From positions 192,001-256,000 of the forward strand of contig CAWBEI010000005.1 of assembly GCA_963787835.1 (NCBI GenBank): a stretch of 64,000 bases of DNA. Reading direction: 5' to 3'. The position numbers were made by a program, and so were the translations under genes. Numbering within the stretch: position 1 is the stretch's first letter; each line of letters opens with the position of its first letter. The stretch comes from Ignavibacteriota bacterium. Its GTDB lineage: Bacteria; Bacteroidota; Ignavibacteria; Palsa-1295. This document shows, one piece after another, positions 27,517 through 38,010 of this stretch. The notes below the pieces were generated by a model. The model ran no database searches, was not told the origin of the DNA, and worked only from the letters and a program-made list of their open reading frames with translations.

Positions 27517-28177
27517 ACAAAGAAGAATACTTCAAGAAATTCGTGCGGTGCTGTTCGATATTGATGGGACACTGCTGAATACATTCGATTTTATCTATGG
27601 CGCGTTCGAACATGCCTTCAAGGTTCATGGCATTTCACCACTCACTCGCGAGGAAATAGCCCATCTAATGGGTGGACCACTTGTGGAAGTTTATGCAGAG
27701 ATGGCTCCCGGGCATGATGCGATCGCGTTAAGTGAATCACATCGCGAGTTTCAAGAAAATAATATTCCTCTTGCGAAGCTTTTTCCCGATACCGTCAAAG
27801 TTCTCAGTGTGCTTGCAGATCAAGGGTTCAAGCTTGCTGCGATCACGACGCGCTCGTTTCGCACCTCGGTTCTTTCTCTTGAAGAGAATGGGATCGCAGG
27901 TTATTTTGATCTTGTCCTCTCTGCCGAAGATGTTGCCCGCCATAAACCCCACCCAGAGCCTATCTTCAAAGCGCTTGACACACTGAACGTGGAGCCAATT
28001 CACGCGATCATGGTCGGAGACACAGCGGCGGACATCATGGCTGGAAAAAACGCAGGCACAACCACGGTAGCCGCACTCTATGGCTTTGGCGGAGATCGGT
28101 TACTTGAATGGAACCCCGATTATGCGATCGGGGAATTGAAGGAGTTACTGGAGATCGTTGGAACTCAGCCTAAATAG
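27509..28177 (+). CDS. HAD-IA family hydrolase (phosphoglycolate phosphatase/PpaX-like)
   Basis: [22 protein letters not shown]; start ATG 27509. Confidence 0.9.
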   Translation: MSEQRRILQEIRAVLFDIDGTLLNTFDFIYGAFEHAFKVHGISPLTREEIAHLMGGPLVEVYAEMAPGHDAIALSESHREFQENNIPLAKLFPDTVKVLSVLADQGFKLAAITTRSFRTSVLSLEENGIAGYFDLVLSAEDVARHKPHPEPIFKALDTLNVEPIHAIMVGDTAADIMAGKNAGTTTVAALYGFGGDRLLEWNPDYAIGELKELLEIVGTQPK

Positions 28178-29028
28178 TTCTGAAGCGGCTTGGTTCTCGG
28201 GGTGTGACGAAGGCGCCGAATTGCCTTTTCCTTTATCTGACGAACCCTCTCACGCGTAAGGGCAAATTTATCGCCGATCTCTTCAAGCGTAAGGGCGTGG
28301 GTGCCGTTAAGGCCATAATACAGTTCAATGACTTCACGTTCGCGTGAGGTCAGGGCGGTCAGTGCGCGGGAGACCTCAAGCTTGAGGGAATCCGTCATCA
28401 GCAGGGAGTCAGGTGGGGATTGCTGCAGATCCTGGAGGATGTCGAGAAGTCTGTTATCCTCACCAACGGAGAATGGCTGATCGACCGAGAGGTGACGACC
28501 GGAAATCCGCATGGTTTCTGCGATCTCTGTTGCGGACATATCGAGCTTTTCGGCAAGCTCGTTCGCAGTGGGCTCGCGTTCGAACTCTTGTTCGAGCTGG
28601 GAAAACTTCCTGGAAATCTTATTGAGTGCGCCAACGCGATTCAGAGGCAATCTCACGATACGTGATTGTTCTGCGAGAGCCTGAAGAATAGATTGACGGA
28701 TCCACCACACGGCGTACGAGATGAATTTAAATCCGCGCGTTTCATCGAAACGGCGAGCGGCCTTGATAAGGCCGAGATTCCCCTCGTTGATGAGATCGCC
28801 CAGGGAGAGCCCTTGATTCTGATACTGCTTTGCGACCGAGACGACAAAACGCAAATTTGCCTTGACGAGGATCTCAAGGGCACGCTGGGAATCATGGGCT
28901 TCTTCCTTGATCTTCTTCGCCAGTGCGATCTCCATCTCGGAATTCAAAAGATCGACACGGCCGATCTCCTGAAGGTACATGTCCAGCGATTGACTTTCGC
29001 GGTTCGTATATTGCTTTGAAATACGCAT
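28165..29028 (-). CDS. RNA polymerase sigma70 factor, RpoD/SigA type lacking region 1.1 (Bacteroidota/Chlorobi style)
   Basis: [52 protein letters not shown]. Confidence 0.95.
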   Translation of the reverse strand: MRISKQYTNRESQSLDMYLQEIGRVDLLNSEMEIALAKKIKEEAHDSQRALEILVKANLRFVVSVAKQYQNQGLSLGDLINEGNLGLIKAARRFDETRGFKFISYAVWWIRQSILQALAEQSRIVRLPLNRVGALNKISRKFSQLEQEFEREPTANELAEKLDMSATEIAETMRISGRHLSVDQPFSVGEDNRLLDILQDLQQSPPDSLLMTDSLKLEVSRALTALTSREREVIELYYGLNGTHALTLEEIGDKFALTRERVRQIKEKAIRRLRHTPRTKPLQNYLG

Positions 29029-29443
29029 GAGAATCGGGTTTCGGAAAGATTACTAATTATTAGAGGGGGATGGTCGGTAGCACGCCACGAATGCGGGCCT
29101 GAAGCGAACCTTCGCATAAGGCGATCGAAGTTCGCAAAACAGAAGCCATCCTGCGCCACAAGTGGTCAGCTTTGACGGGGATTGAGGAATGATAACGTTC
29201 GGAGGTATCAATTCAAAAATCTGAGTTTTTCCTCTTCTGATACTTCTATAACGTTCACCGAATACCTTTATGCACTGATTTGGAGGCGTCATTCGGGTGT
29301 TCGGTGAACGAACATGGGGCGAGGTTCTCGAAGACCCTCATCCGCAGTGCATTCGTGAACGAGCTGTAATTTTCGTTCGTTCCGAGCCAAATTTGGAATT
29401 TTCAAAAAAATGTTGTATATTCACGAACTAATTATAAGGTCTT

Positions 29444-31768
29444 CTAATACACAATAACATTATTGCCGCCTAATTCGCGGGCGCGTTCCAGCGCCATTTC
29501 GGCTCCTTCGATGAGCTCCTCGACCGAGCCATCCCTGCGTGCGCCTGAGACCCCAATGGAAACCGTCACCGAGTAGCTTCGCTTGCCGATCGCGATCACT
29601 TCGCTCACGATCATTTTGCGCATTTTCTCGCTCCAGAGATAACCCTCTTCGTCCGTACGCTTCATCAGCAGGACTGCGAAGGTATGCTCGTCCGTTCTGG
29701 CCACCACATCGAACGGCCGCACGCCAAAGCGGAGCAAGCGTGTAATGGCAAGGACGATCGTGTCGGAATCTTCCTGAGAGAACCGGGAGCGAAACTCCGA
29801 GGCTCCATCGATCTCGAACATCACAAAGGTCAGCGGCTCATCGAACTGCATGGCGCGCGCGAGTTCCTGTCCCGTGCGGTCGAGCAAACCGCGCTTATTG
29901 AGCACGCCTGTTAGAAGATCTGTCAGAGCGCGTTCACCGACCATATCGCCTAGCACGATGATCTCGAGAGCGGCTGCAGCACTTCGTGCAAGGTGCTCGA
30001 GGGTTTCCACATCGGCATCGGTGAAACGAGCTCGTTCCGAGTGTTCGATCGCCAGTGCGCCATAATTTTTCGTTGTCGTTCGGATGGGGATGACTAGGAA
30101 CGAATGCCCCGTTGCTGTATGGGAATCCTCCTCCACATTAAAGCGAACATTTTGCGGACTGAGTGCATCGATGCGAATGCTCCGGCCAGAGGAAAGACAT
30201 TTGCCCACCAAACTTTCTTCCATCGAGACAGGAGTCATGGGTGGAACGTAGGATCCCGCCCGCTTGGATTGAAGGCTGGAAATATTCCATAGCCTCCGGG
30301 CGTCATCGAAGGAGGCAGCAGCGAGCCAGTCCCAATCGATGATCTCACCGGCGGCTTCGGTGAGCGCGCGAAGAACATATTCGGGGTTCCTGCGCTGATC
30401 GCGAAGGGCGCGTAGCGAGCCATCCGGACTTACCATTTCGTGAAGTTTTCGCGCGGCATCCAGGGTGCGCGCTGCTGCAAGCAGGTCGTACTTTTCAATA
30501 TACGAACGGATCAAACCCGAGATCAACTTTGAATGATTTGTCAGAATGCGGAGGGTCTCTGCGTTGAAATGATCCGGCGTAGTAGAATCGACCGTGAGCA
30601 CCGCAACGAGACTTTCCCCAAACAAGACGGGCATCCCCGCGAAGGATGCCGTCCCAATGGCATCGCGATAATAGGGGATCAGATCGAGCTCGGCTTGCGG
30701 GGAGATCGTGGAATGAAGTTCCGGGCGGCGTTTCGTTACGATGCGGCTGACGGCATCGAGTTCGATAGGGAACCGCTTGCTGGTGGCAAGGAACTGGAAC
30801 GCCCGGTCGTCGAGCGCAGCGCTTTCCAGCACCAACTGTTGTTTTTTGGAATTGATCCAAAAGAACATGGCGCTCGATGCGTTCAGCTCGTCACGAAGAA
30901 TGTCGAGCAATTCGCCAAGCAGGGTAACGAAATCTGCCCGTGGGTCTCGAAGCTCGTAGGATCTTCTTGGGTGAGAATCGAAGGCTCGCAGTGCATCGAG
31001 GAATGATTGCAGGGATGGTTCTAAATTCGGTTCGAGAGAAATTTCTTCTTCAAACCCGATCGATGGGGTCCGAACAGGCTCCATTATATCAGGCATTGGA
31101 GCGGATATGGCATCAGAGGCATCTTCCTCCTGTACTAATTCCATCTCGGTTTCGTCGATCTCCGAATCCTCGACACCAACTTCTGAAAAGTCTTCTTCGA
31201 TCGGCTCAGGTTCTGCTGGTAATGGGCTAAGGCTTGCATTTGATGTGGCCTCCATAGGCGTCTCAACTTTTGCTTCGTTCGATAACCAATCCTCTTCATG
31301 ATGGACTCGGGTTACGCGAACGACTGCCCGTTCGTGCTCGGCAAAATAAGCTCCGTTTATTTCTGGCTGTTCGACTGGAGAGTCAGGCGGATACATCGCT
31401 GAGTCACTACTACCCATGGAACCTCGTTCTTCCTCCTCGCGCGGATGTTTTCGGAAGAAGGGAAGTTTGTTTTGCACCCCGATCATTTCATCCCGCAGTG
31501 ACTTAAATCTGGGGACAGCGAAACGGATCAGGGCGGGCTTTTCTTTTTCTAATCGCTCCTGGCGATCTTGCCAGGCTTTCCGCTCTTCATCTACCTGGGC
31601 CTGTTGCTCCGAGCGTGTGATCTGAAAATCGTCAAAGACGATTTTTTTCAGCCGCTGTTGCCCCGGCGCTTGGTTTGCTGGGTCTGTTCTCGCGGCTTCG
31701 TTCTTCGGAGCTGTTGGCTCCGAAGTCAGGTTCCTATGTTCGAGATCGTCACGTTCCTTGTTACTCAT
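29444..31768 (-). CDS. Tandem-GAF protein with a degenerate GGDEF domain and a long acidic N-terminus
   Basis: Two GAF-like segments; TDLLTGVLN...SVTVSIGVS...GGN frame of a GGDEF domain, with ARTDEHTF in place of ARxGGEEF. Confidence 0.8.
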   Translation of the reverse strand: MSNKERDDLEHRNLTSEPTAPKNEAARTDPANQAPGQQRLKKIVFDDFQITRSEQQAQVDEERKAWQDRQERLEKEKPALIRFAVPRFKSLRDEMIGVQNKLPFFRKHPREEEERGSMGSSDSAMYPPDSPVEQPEINGAYFAEHERAVVRVTRVHHEEDWLSNEAKVETPMEATSNASLSPLPAEPEPIEEDFSEVGVEDSEIDETEMELVQEEDASDAISAPMPDIMEPVRTPSIGFEEEISLEPNLEPSLQSFLDALRAFDSHPRRSYELRDPRADFVTLLGELLDILRDELNASSAMFFWINSKKQQLVLESAALDDRAFQFLATSKRFPIELDAVSRIVTKRRPELHSTISPQAELDLIPYYRDAIGTASFAGMPVLFGESLVAVLTVDSTTPDHFNAETLRILTNHSKLISGLIRSYIEKYDLLAAARTLDAARKLHEMVSPDGSLRALRDQRRNPEYVLRALTEAAGEIIDWDWLAAASFDDARRLWNISSLQSKRAGSYVPPMTPVSMEESLVGKCLSSGRSIRIDALSPQNVRFNVEEDSHTATGHSFLVIPIRTTTKNYGALAIEHSERARFTDADVETLEHLARSAAAALEIIVLGDMVGERALTDLLTGVLNKRGLLDRTGQELARAMQFDEPLTFVMFEIDGASEFRSRFSQEDSDTIVLAITRLLRFGVRPFDVVARTDEHTFAVLLMKRTDEEGYLWSEKMRKMIVSEVIAIGKRSYSVTVSIGVSGARRDGSVEELIEGAEMALERARELGGNNVIVY

Positions 31769-31909
31769 GCTTTAGCAAGACGAACATTAAACATGCTTCT
31801 GCGCAGTGGTGTTCGTGCAAACTTGCACGTTGCTGCCAACCGCGTCGGTATAGGAACCTCTGCTTCCCGCAAGGAATTCCAAATCCATGAGGTCAGATCG
31901 ATAATTGCA

Positions 31910-32959
31910 TTATTCGATGCGCTCGGTCAACTGCTCTTCGGAGCCGTTTTGTGTGACCGTCCTCTTCTCGCCGGCATGTTCCTTGCTCTCGATGTCCAAC
32001 GTAAAATTCCTCATCTCCTTCATCGCCCGGTGATACAGTAACCCCGTCGCATCCTCGATGCGAACAACACTATGGGAGATCGCTTTGAAATCGCTGATCG
32101 TTGCTTTTGTGGGGCCTTCGTCGAACTCCCTCTTTCGCGGGGTGGTCGTTTGTGAGTCTTCGAGAACAGCGATCACCATGTCATTACGCTTTTCTAAACC
32201 GCGTACCGTTTCCGACGCATCGACATGGACGGGGAATGCCAAACCCTGCGCAACATTAAGGTTCACATCCGAACCGCTACGCCAGGTCGTATCCTGAATA
32301 AGAGGCCGTGTAGGGCTATGCACCAGCACGCGCGAGATATAGGCATCCGCGAGATCCTCAGCCTGCTGTGTTGCTGCCTGCCGAATCTGTGGGCTGTTGC
32401 GCAGCGAATCGGGAACGGTGGCAAGCATGGCATTCGCAATGCTGGATACATCCGTAATAGAATCGAGATCTCCATACTTACTGGTTGTTGCGGAAAAATC
32501 CTTTCCGATGAGAATGTTGAATTCTTCGAACTCTGGGTTCATCCGGTCCTTGAGATCGTTGCTGGAGTATTTTGTTTTCGTTGTATCCCGGTTAGAGCTC
32601 AGGGAAATGGAATCGACGCGAAAGGTGAGCGTGATCGAGCTATCGCGGCGAGAGTCCTTCACCGTTTGACGCAGAAAGATCTCGGTCATATTGGTAGCGG
32701 TGTGTTTCGTGGCTGCTGCACCAGGAGGCGTGTCGCTTGAGCTCATCGTTACCCGATCCACAATATGGTACCGCTGAACCGAACCAGGTTTGGGTCTAAA
32801 GAACAGATGGTGGCTGGTGTCGTTAATAGCAACATGCTCTGCTTTTTTTGTGGTGTCGAACGCTGGGTTTATTGCGCCGGGAGAGGCTGTATCATTTTTG
32901 CCGCAGGAAGCAAACGCAGCACACACGAGGCAAAGGAGACTAAGGCGAAGGGTATTCAT
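31910..32959 (-). CDS. Putative lipoprotein (DUF6263-like, tentative)
   Basis: Lipobox FASC; beta-rich body. Confidence 0.65.
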   Translation of the reverse strand: MNTLRLSLLCLVCAAFASCGKNDTASPGAINPAFDTTKKAEHVAINDTSHHLFFRPKPGSVQRYHIVDRVTMSSSDTPPGAAATKHTATNMTEIFLRQTVKDSRRDSSITLTFRVDSISLSSNRDTTKTKYSSNDLKDRMNPEFEEFNILIGKDFSATTSKYGDLDSITDVSSIANAMLATVPDSLRNSPQIRQAATQQAEDLADAYISRVLVHSPTRPLIQDTTWRSGSDVNLNVAQGLAFPVHVDASETVRGLEKRNDMVIAVLEDSQTTTPRKREFDEGPTKATISDFKAISHSVVRIEDATGLLYHRAMKEMRNFTLDIESKEHAGEKRTVTQNGSEEQLTERIE

Positions 32960-33007
32960 GTAAGAAGGAGGATCTATTTAAATTTGAGGAGGATAATGTA
33001 TCAAAAA

Positions 33008-34237
33008 CTATTGCGGGCCGGAATTGGTGTTATCTTTTACAGGCGGTATCTCTGGCTTGCCAGGATCAGACATTTTACCTTGTTCCGGATCAAGCGAATT
33101 CGGAGCATTGCTTTTCGTAGAATCTTGCTCAGAGCCGCTATGGATCTTAAGTTCCTTGATGGAGACGTTTCGCCCATGCAGTACGGTGATTGGGAACACA
33201 TCGGTGCTGACCGAGCGCGTAATTTCCTCCGGAACGGTATCGATATCTACGTGCAAGATCAGTTTTGCAGTATCCTTGTATTCAGAATGTTTGAGATAGC
33301 CCTTTTCCATGGTCAGGCTTCCATTTCCCCAACCTTGATACTTTAGAATTCCAAGTGGCATGGCAATGCCTTCCAGATACTCGATGCGTTGCGGTGGGTT
33401 GGAATATTTGACATCAATAGTAAGCGACCCAGGAGCGGTCCGCTGGGTAGATACTGTTCGTGTAATGGGTATTTCAGTTGTCGTTGACGATGAGACATAA
33501 GGCTTCTGCGATCCCGCTAAACCTCCATATCCAAACTCCAGCAATTGACCCATACGCAATGAATCGCTGAGCGAGATCATCGCATGCACAAGATCATAAT
33601 CATAGCCGCGACCGATCGCAACCTGATAAAAATCCTGCAAGTTCAGAAAATTGGCAATCGTACCATCCGGGCGAAGAATATATCGGATAGTTTGGCCGAG
33701 AAATTGCGCACGCGGCAACACCTTAATATCATGCAATTCATGGGTGATATCCCATTCGCCGGCAGAATTGAAGCGGAAAAAGTTCTCTGCATGTTTGCCC
33801 TCGCCAAAATCTATTCCGGTCTTGAAGGAATCCAGAGAAGTTGACATCACCGCTGAGCCATCAGCCAGAATACTATCTACCCGCTCCGTAAAAGAATAGA
33901 CTGAAGTGCGAATACTTGGTTTTGCATCATGCTCATCGACTTGCGGAAAATGGAATGCAAGGCGCAATACCTCCGTCGTGACCACTCGGCGGAGATCGCC
34001 AACGCGGAAATGCAGGCGGAAATCTGAATTTTGGGCGTGAGCAGGAATTATCGATCCCCCAAGCATCAGTCCCGCCATCGCAGTCATCCTGAGTGCAGCA
34101 GACCGACGCGACAGCGACGGTCTGCGGAGTCGAAGGATCTTTTGCCTGAAACGCCAGAGATCCTTCGACTTCGCAATTCGAGCTTCGCTCGAATTGCTCC
34201 GCTCAGGATGACAAATGAAAGAGTTGATTTTATTCAT
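33008..34237 (-). CDS. Exported hypothetical protein with a REP dimer inserted in its signal peptide
   Basis: 409-aa ORF; AHA-Q cleavage site; beta-rich like its downstream neighbour. Confidence 0.7.
   Translation of the reverse strand: MNKINSFICHPERSNSSEARIAKSKDLWRFRQKILRLRRPSLSRRSAALRMTAMAGLMLGGSIIPAHAQNSDFRLHFRVGDLRRVVTTEVLRLAFHFPQVDEHDAKPSIRTSVYSFTERVDSILADGSAVMSTSLDSFKTGIDFGEGKHAENFFRFNSAGEWDITHELHDIKVLPRAQFLGQTIRYILRPDGTIANFLNLQDFYQVAIGRGYDYDLVHAMISLSDSLRMGQLLEFGYGGLAGSQKPYVSSSTTTEIPITRTVSTQRTAPGSLTIDVKYSNPPQRIEYLEGIAMPLGILKYQGWGNGSLTMEKGYLKHSEYKDTAKLILHVDIDTVPEEITRSVSTDVFPITVLHGRNVSIKELKIHSGSEQDSTKSNAPNSLDPEQGKMSDPGKPEIPPVKDNTNSGPQ
34083..34212. repeat. TGTC/CGTC-type REP dimer
   Basis: GTCATCCTGAG...GAGTCGAAGGATCT / AGATCCTTCGACT...CTCAGGATGAC inverted halves, each with an internal hairpin. 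Confidence 0.9.
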
Positions 34238-34285
34238 CTTAATTTCCGATCAACGAGAGAGATTTCGATTCGGATGATCGCTTGT

Positions 34286-34819
34286 TCAATGTTCGTTCAT
34301 CCGATAAAGCGCGTAGGCTGCCAGCGTCATCCCATCCCAAATTTCGCCTTTTCTAATCAATGCGTCGAGTTCGGCTGGCGTGACCATCACCGGTTCGAAC
34401 TCTTCACTGGATTCGGGGTGGGCGCTGGCCGCAGTCAGCCCGCGCGCCAAGAACACGTAACACTCCTCATCCGTAGCTCCGTTCATTGGATTGAACCAGC
34501 CGATCGGAATTAGCTCTTTGGCCTGAAAACCAGCCTCTTCAAGGAGTTCTGCCCGTGCCGCTTCTTCGGGCGTCTGACCCTCCTTCACACCGCCGCCCAC
34601 AAACTCCAAACTTTCCCGCTGATTCAAGTAGCGAAATTGTCCAAGCATGAGCAATCGCCCATCCTCGAACTCCGGAATAACGAACGCCGCCCCCCGTGTA
34701 TGAGCATAATAGAATTCTCCTTTCGAGTCATCGGGATGCAGGTATTCATCCCGCCGGTATTCCCACCAGGGATTTTTATGCAGGATCTCCGTTGAAAGAC
34801 TGCGCAGACGTTTGAGCAT
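34286..34819 (-). CDS. NUDIX hydrolase (ADP-ribose pyrophosphatase-like)
   Basis: Nudix box GGVKEGQTPEEAARAELLEEAG; QFRY. Confidence 0.9.
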   Translation of the reverse strand: MLKRLRSLSTEILHKNPWWEYRRDEYLHPDDSKGEFYYAHTRGAAFVIPEFEDGRLLMLGQFRYLNQRESLEFVGGGVKEGQTPEEAARAELLEEAGFQAKELIPIGWFNPMNGATDEECYVFLARGLTAASAHPESSEEFEPVMVTPAELDALIRKGEIWDGMTLAAYALYRMNEH

Positions 34820-35575
34820 TTAGAAATTGTAGCAAATGCCGAGGGAAGCTAAAAAATAAGGGTTATCGGCTTTCGAAAGAGAACCAGGGAGCATTTCTGA
34901 AATAGAAGCGATAAGTTTGACATGTTCAAATCCAAATCGGGCTTCGAGACCTGGAGTGAGAAGAAGGAGATAGCTGGATCGTACGAAAGTGGTATCGTAG
35001 TGCGACGGAGTTTCAAATAGTCCAGAGAATGATTCCATGTTCACATCGTGGTAAGTATTGACATAGGAAAGTCGGGTTAGAATCATGAATGAAAAATTCT
35101 CTCTTGAGTACCCCATTGCTCCTTGTATCCATGCATTCCAAAAATGAACACTCTCTTCATTCGTCACTGTTTCGAGAAAATTGTTGAATAGGTCTCCGTC
35201 GTCAATTACCGCATTATCATGCGCCGATCCCCAGCCAACAGCCCCATATACTTCGTGTACAATGTGGCCTTTTGTTGCAGTATCGAAATACCCGACACCA
35301 ATATCTCCCGAATATTGATTCCCATTTGGATCACCAGTTTTATGTAACGCAAGCGAACCATCGGCAAGCAGACCAAGATGAGGCGTCAGGGCATACGCAC
35401 CCATAAATGTTTCACCACCCGTGGAGACAGATCCGATTGCCTCGATTTCTCCCTGATATGTCAACAATACCGCGCTGGGATTCGATGGGTAGTAAGGCGG
35501 GGTAGAAATTGGGTTGGTTGTTGCACAACCGGCAAGGGAAATCGCTGCAAGCACAAGAAGCATTTCTCGTCTCAT
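34820..35575 (-). CDS. Putative lipoprotein/outer-membrane protein
   Basis: Lipobox LAGC; amphipathic strands; ends in aromatic YNF. Confidence 0.65.
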   Translation of the reverse strand: MRREMLLVLAAISLAGCATTNPISTPPYYPSNPSAVLLTYQGEIEAIGSVSTGGETFMGAYALTPHLGLLADGSLALHKTGDPNGNQYSGDIGVGYFDTATKGHIVHEVYGAVGWGSAHDNAVIDDGDLFNNFLETVTNEESVHFWNAWIQGAMGYSRENFSFMILTRLSYVNTYHDVNMESFSGLFETPSHYDTTFVRSSYLLLLTPGLEARFGFEHVKLIASISEMLPGSLSKADNPYFLASLGICYNF

Positions 35576-35623
35576 ACTTGATGAACACGAAGCGCGACTA
35601 AAAGAAGCGTATATCCTTTGCTA

Positions 35624-35648
35624 CACCGGGTTGAAACCCGGTGTACAC
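35624..35648 (-). repeat. REP-like palindrome monomer
   Basis: CACCGGGTTGAAACCCGGTGTACAC, same family as 10951-11007. Confidence 0.7.
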
Positions 35649-35656
35649 CTCAGAAC

Positions 35657-36085
35657 TTACGAAAGATCCGCCAGCTCGCCTTCGGTAAAGAAGAACGCGA
35701 TCTCGCGCAAGCCATTCTCGATGGAGTCCGAGCCATGCACTGCATTCTCGCCTTTGTTCTTCGCGTAGAGCTTGCGGATGGTTCCATCGGCGGCTTCGGC
35801 GGGGTCGGTAGCACCGATCACGCGGCGCCATTCGGCAATGGCATTCTCGCGTTCGAGTGCAATGGGCACGCACGCCCCGCTGGACATGAAATCAACTAAT
35901 CCTGAATAAAACGGACGCTCTTTATGAACTTCGTAGAATTTTGCTGCCGCTTTATTCGAAATCGTCGTCATTCGCATTGCGAGAATGCGAAATCCTTCTT
36001 TTTGGATGTGCGCGATGATGTTTCCGGTATTGCCGGCAGCGACGGCGTCGGGCTTGATGATGCAGAGAGTACGTTCGATTGACAT
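35657..36085 (-). CDS. ndk: Nucleoside diphosphate kinase
   Basis: ERTLCIIKPDAV, FYEVHKERPF, GATDP, NAVHGSDS. Confidence 0.98.
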   Translation of the reverse strand: MSIERTLCIIKPDAVAAGNTGNIIAHIQKEGFRILAMRMTTISNKAAAKFYEVHKERPFYSGLVDFMSSGACVPIALERENAIAEWRRVIGATDPAEAADGTIRKLYAKNKGENAVHGSDSIENGLREIAFFFTEGELADLS

Positions 36086-36100
36086 TTTCTGTAGTGGATG

Positions 36101-36180
36101 GGTAATGAGGAATGAGTAACGAGTCGCCCCTAACGCTTTTCGTACGATACTCGTTACCCGTTACTCATTACTCGTTACTT
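36101..36180. repeat. Inverted clusters of tandem heptamers (GTAATGA/GTAACGA ... TCGTTAC/TCATTAC)
   Basis: GGTAATGAGGAATGAGTAACGAGT and TACTCGTTACCCGTTACTCATTACTCGTTAC; the second cluster overlaps the last codons of the 36161-36760 gene. Confidence 0.7.
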
Positions 36181-36760
36181 TCGGCAAGGGGGTATCTACT
36201 GCTTTTCGTGCATCTTCTGGACGTCGGCGTTCAGGCGTACTGGTAATCCAAGTGGGCCAATTCTTTGTGGGGTAGCGGATGGAATGCGGTTCAATATCTG
36301 GGGTTGGTATCTGCCACTTCTCGACGAGGTCTTCGTTCCGTTCTGAAATGGTGTGTCGAATATCGGCAAGCTCTGAGAATTTAAGCCCAAAGTAACCAGC
36401 AATTCCGCCAACAAGCATTCCGATATTAAGACCCAGGTAGGGCTTACCCTCAATGAGGCGCACTGCGCCGACCACACCCACGCCGACTGCGATAACCCGT
36501 CCGGCAAAATATGCAATACCTGCACCCTCTTTATCGACATAAGATTCCCCAACGATAGGGAGTACACCGAGGGTCATGCCAAGGTCATAGCTATATAATT
36601 CTTGCTGATAGGATTGAAGCCTTTCCTCATAAGTCAGCACTGAATCGCGCCACGGTTTGCTACGGTAATTCGTGGAATCCTGAGCGAACAATTTCCCTAA
36701 TGGGACTAATACGACCAATAGGACGAGTGTGACGATCTTGCGATAATGTGTGGCTTGCAT
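36161..36760 (-). CDS. Hypothetical exported/membrane protein
   Basis: Signal peptide (LFA-Q) plus hydrophobic hairpin; lies in the sucD-ndk operon. Confidence 0.7.
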   Translation of the reverse strand: MQATHYRKIVTLVLLVVLVPLGKLFAQDSTNYRSKPWRDSVLTYEERLQSYQQELYSYDLGMTLGVLPIVGESYVDKEGAGIAYFAGRVIAVGVGVVGAVRLIEGKPYLGLNIGMLVGGIAGYFGLKFSELADIRHTISERNEDLVEKWQIPTPDIEPHSIRYPTKNWPTWITSTPERRRPEDARKAVDTPLPKVTSNE

Positions 36761-36768
36761 CGCCAGAT

Positions 36769-37899
36769 TTAACGACGTGTGCGCTTCTTCGGTTTTGACT
36801 TTGAAGCAGTCTTCCTCTTGGCTACGGGCTTCGTCGGCTTGGCAGCGTTTTTTACAGGCTTTATAGACTTCTTTACAGGCTTAACTGCTTTTTTCAAAGG
36901 TCTTACGGCTTTTTTTGAAACCTTTGGTTTAGCAGGCTTTAACATAATAACGTTTGCCTTTTTGCCTTCTTTTGAGATAGCAATTTTCTCAATTTTTAAG
37001 CCACGAATGGCAACAGATTTTCTTCCCTTATTGCCAAGCGCTTTCAGAACCGTTTCTCCCATCAAAGCAGGACTATCAACAACGGTAATTCCATTTTCGC
37101 GCATGACCTTGATCTTCTCATCTGCCGTGCCTTTGCCACCGGAGATGATCGCCCCAGCATGACCCATCCTACGACCAGGAGGAGCAGTGCGGCCAGCGAT
37201 AAAGCCAACGACAGGCTTTCCGAAATGCTTGCCGATCCACGCGGCGGCTTCTTCTTCGGCAGTACCGCCGATCTCGCCGATCATCACAACAGCATCGGTT
37301 TCATCATCATTTGCAAATAATTTGATGGCATCGATAAAGCGTGTACCAACGATGGGATCGCCGCCGATGCCGATGGCTGTCGATTGACCGAGCCCCGCAT
37401 CGGTAAGTTGCTTTACCGCTTCGTACGTCAGTGTTCCAGAGCGAGAGATGATCCCGATGCGGCCTTCCTTATGGATAAATCCCGGCATAATGCCTATCTT
37501 TGCTTTGCCGGGGGAGATCACTCCAGGGCAATTAGGGCCGATAAGCCGCGTTTTGGAATGACGGATCTTGTCATAGACTTGGATCATGTCGCGCACTGGA
37601 ATTCCTTCGGTGATGCAAATTACGAGTGGAAGCTCGCTCGCTTCAGATTCTAAAATTGCATCAGCGGCAAACGGCGGGGGTACAAAAATGCACGCAGCGT
37701 TTGCGCCAGTCTCACGGACAGCATCCGCTACGGTGTTGAACACCGGTACGCCTTCATACGTCGTCCCACCCTTGCCAGGCGTCACTCCGGCGACGACCTT
37801 CGTGCCATATTCCAGCATCTGCTTTGTATGGAATCCACCTTCACTGCCGGTAATGCCTTGCACGACGAGCCGCGTTTTCTTATCTACCAGAACACTCAT
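36769..37899 (-). CDS. sucD: Succinate--CoA ligase subunit alpha with a basic C-terminal extension
   Basis: [45 protein letters not shown]. Confidence 0.97.
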   Translation of the reverse strand: MSVLVDKKTRLVVQGITGSEGGFHTKQMLEYGTKVVAGVTPGKGGTTYEGVPVFNTVADAVRETGANAACIFVPPPFAADAILESEASELPLVICITEGIPVRDMIQVYDKIRHSKTRLIGPNCPGVISPGKAKIGIMPGFIHKEGRIGIISRSGTLTYEAVKQLTDAGLGQSTAIGIGGDPIVGTRFIDAIKLFANDDETDAVVMIGEIGGTAEEEAAAWIGKHFGKPVVGFIAGRTAPPGRRMGHAGAIISGGKGTADEKIKVMRENGITVVDSPALMGETVLKALGNKGRKSVAIRGLKIEKIAISKEGKKANVIMLKPAKPKVSKKAVRPLKKAVKPVKKSIKPVKNAAKPTKPVAKRKTASKSKPKKRTRR

Positions 37900-38010
37900 A
37901 AAATTTTATAACTTAGAATAGTAAATGTTATTTGCGCTGCAAAAATACGAACGAAGTGACTAAGATTTTTGCAATAGGGTATTAATGGTCTCAAATCAAT
38001 CGTCTTATGA

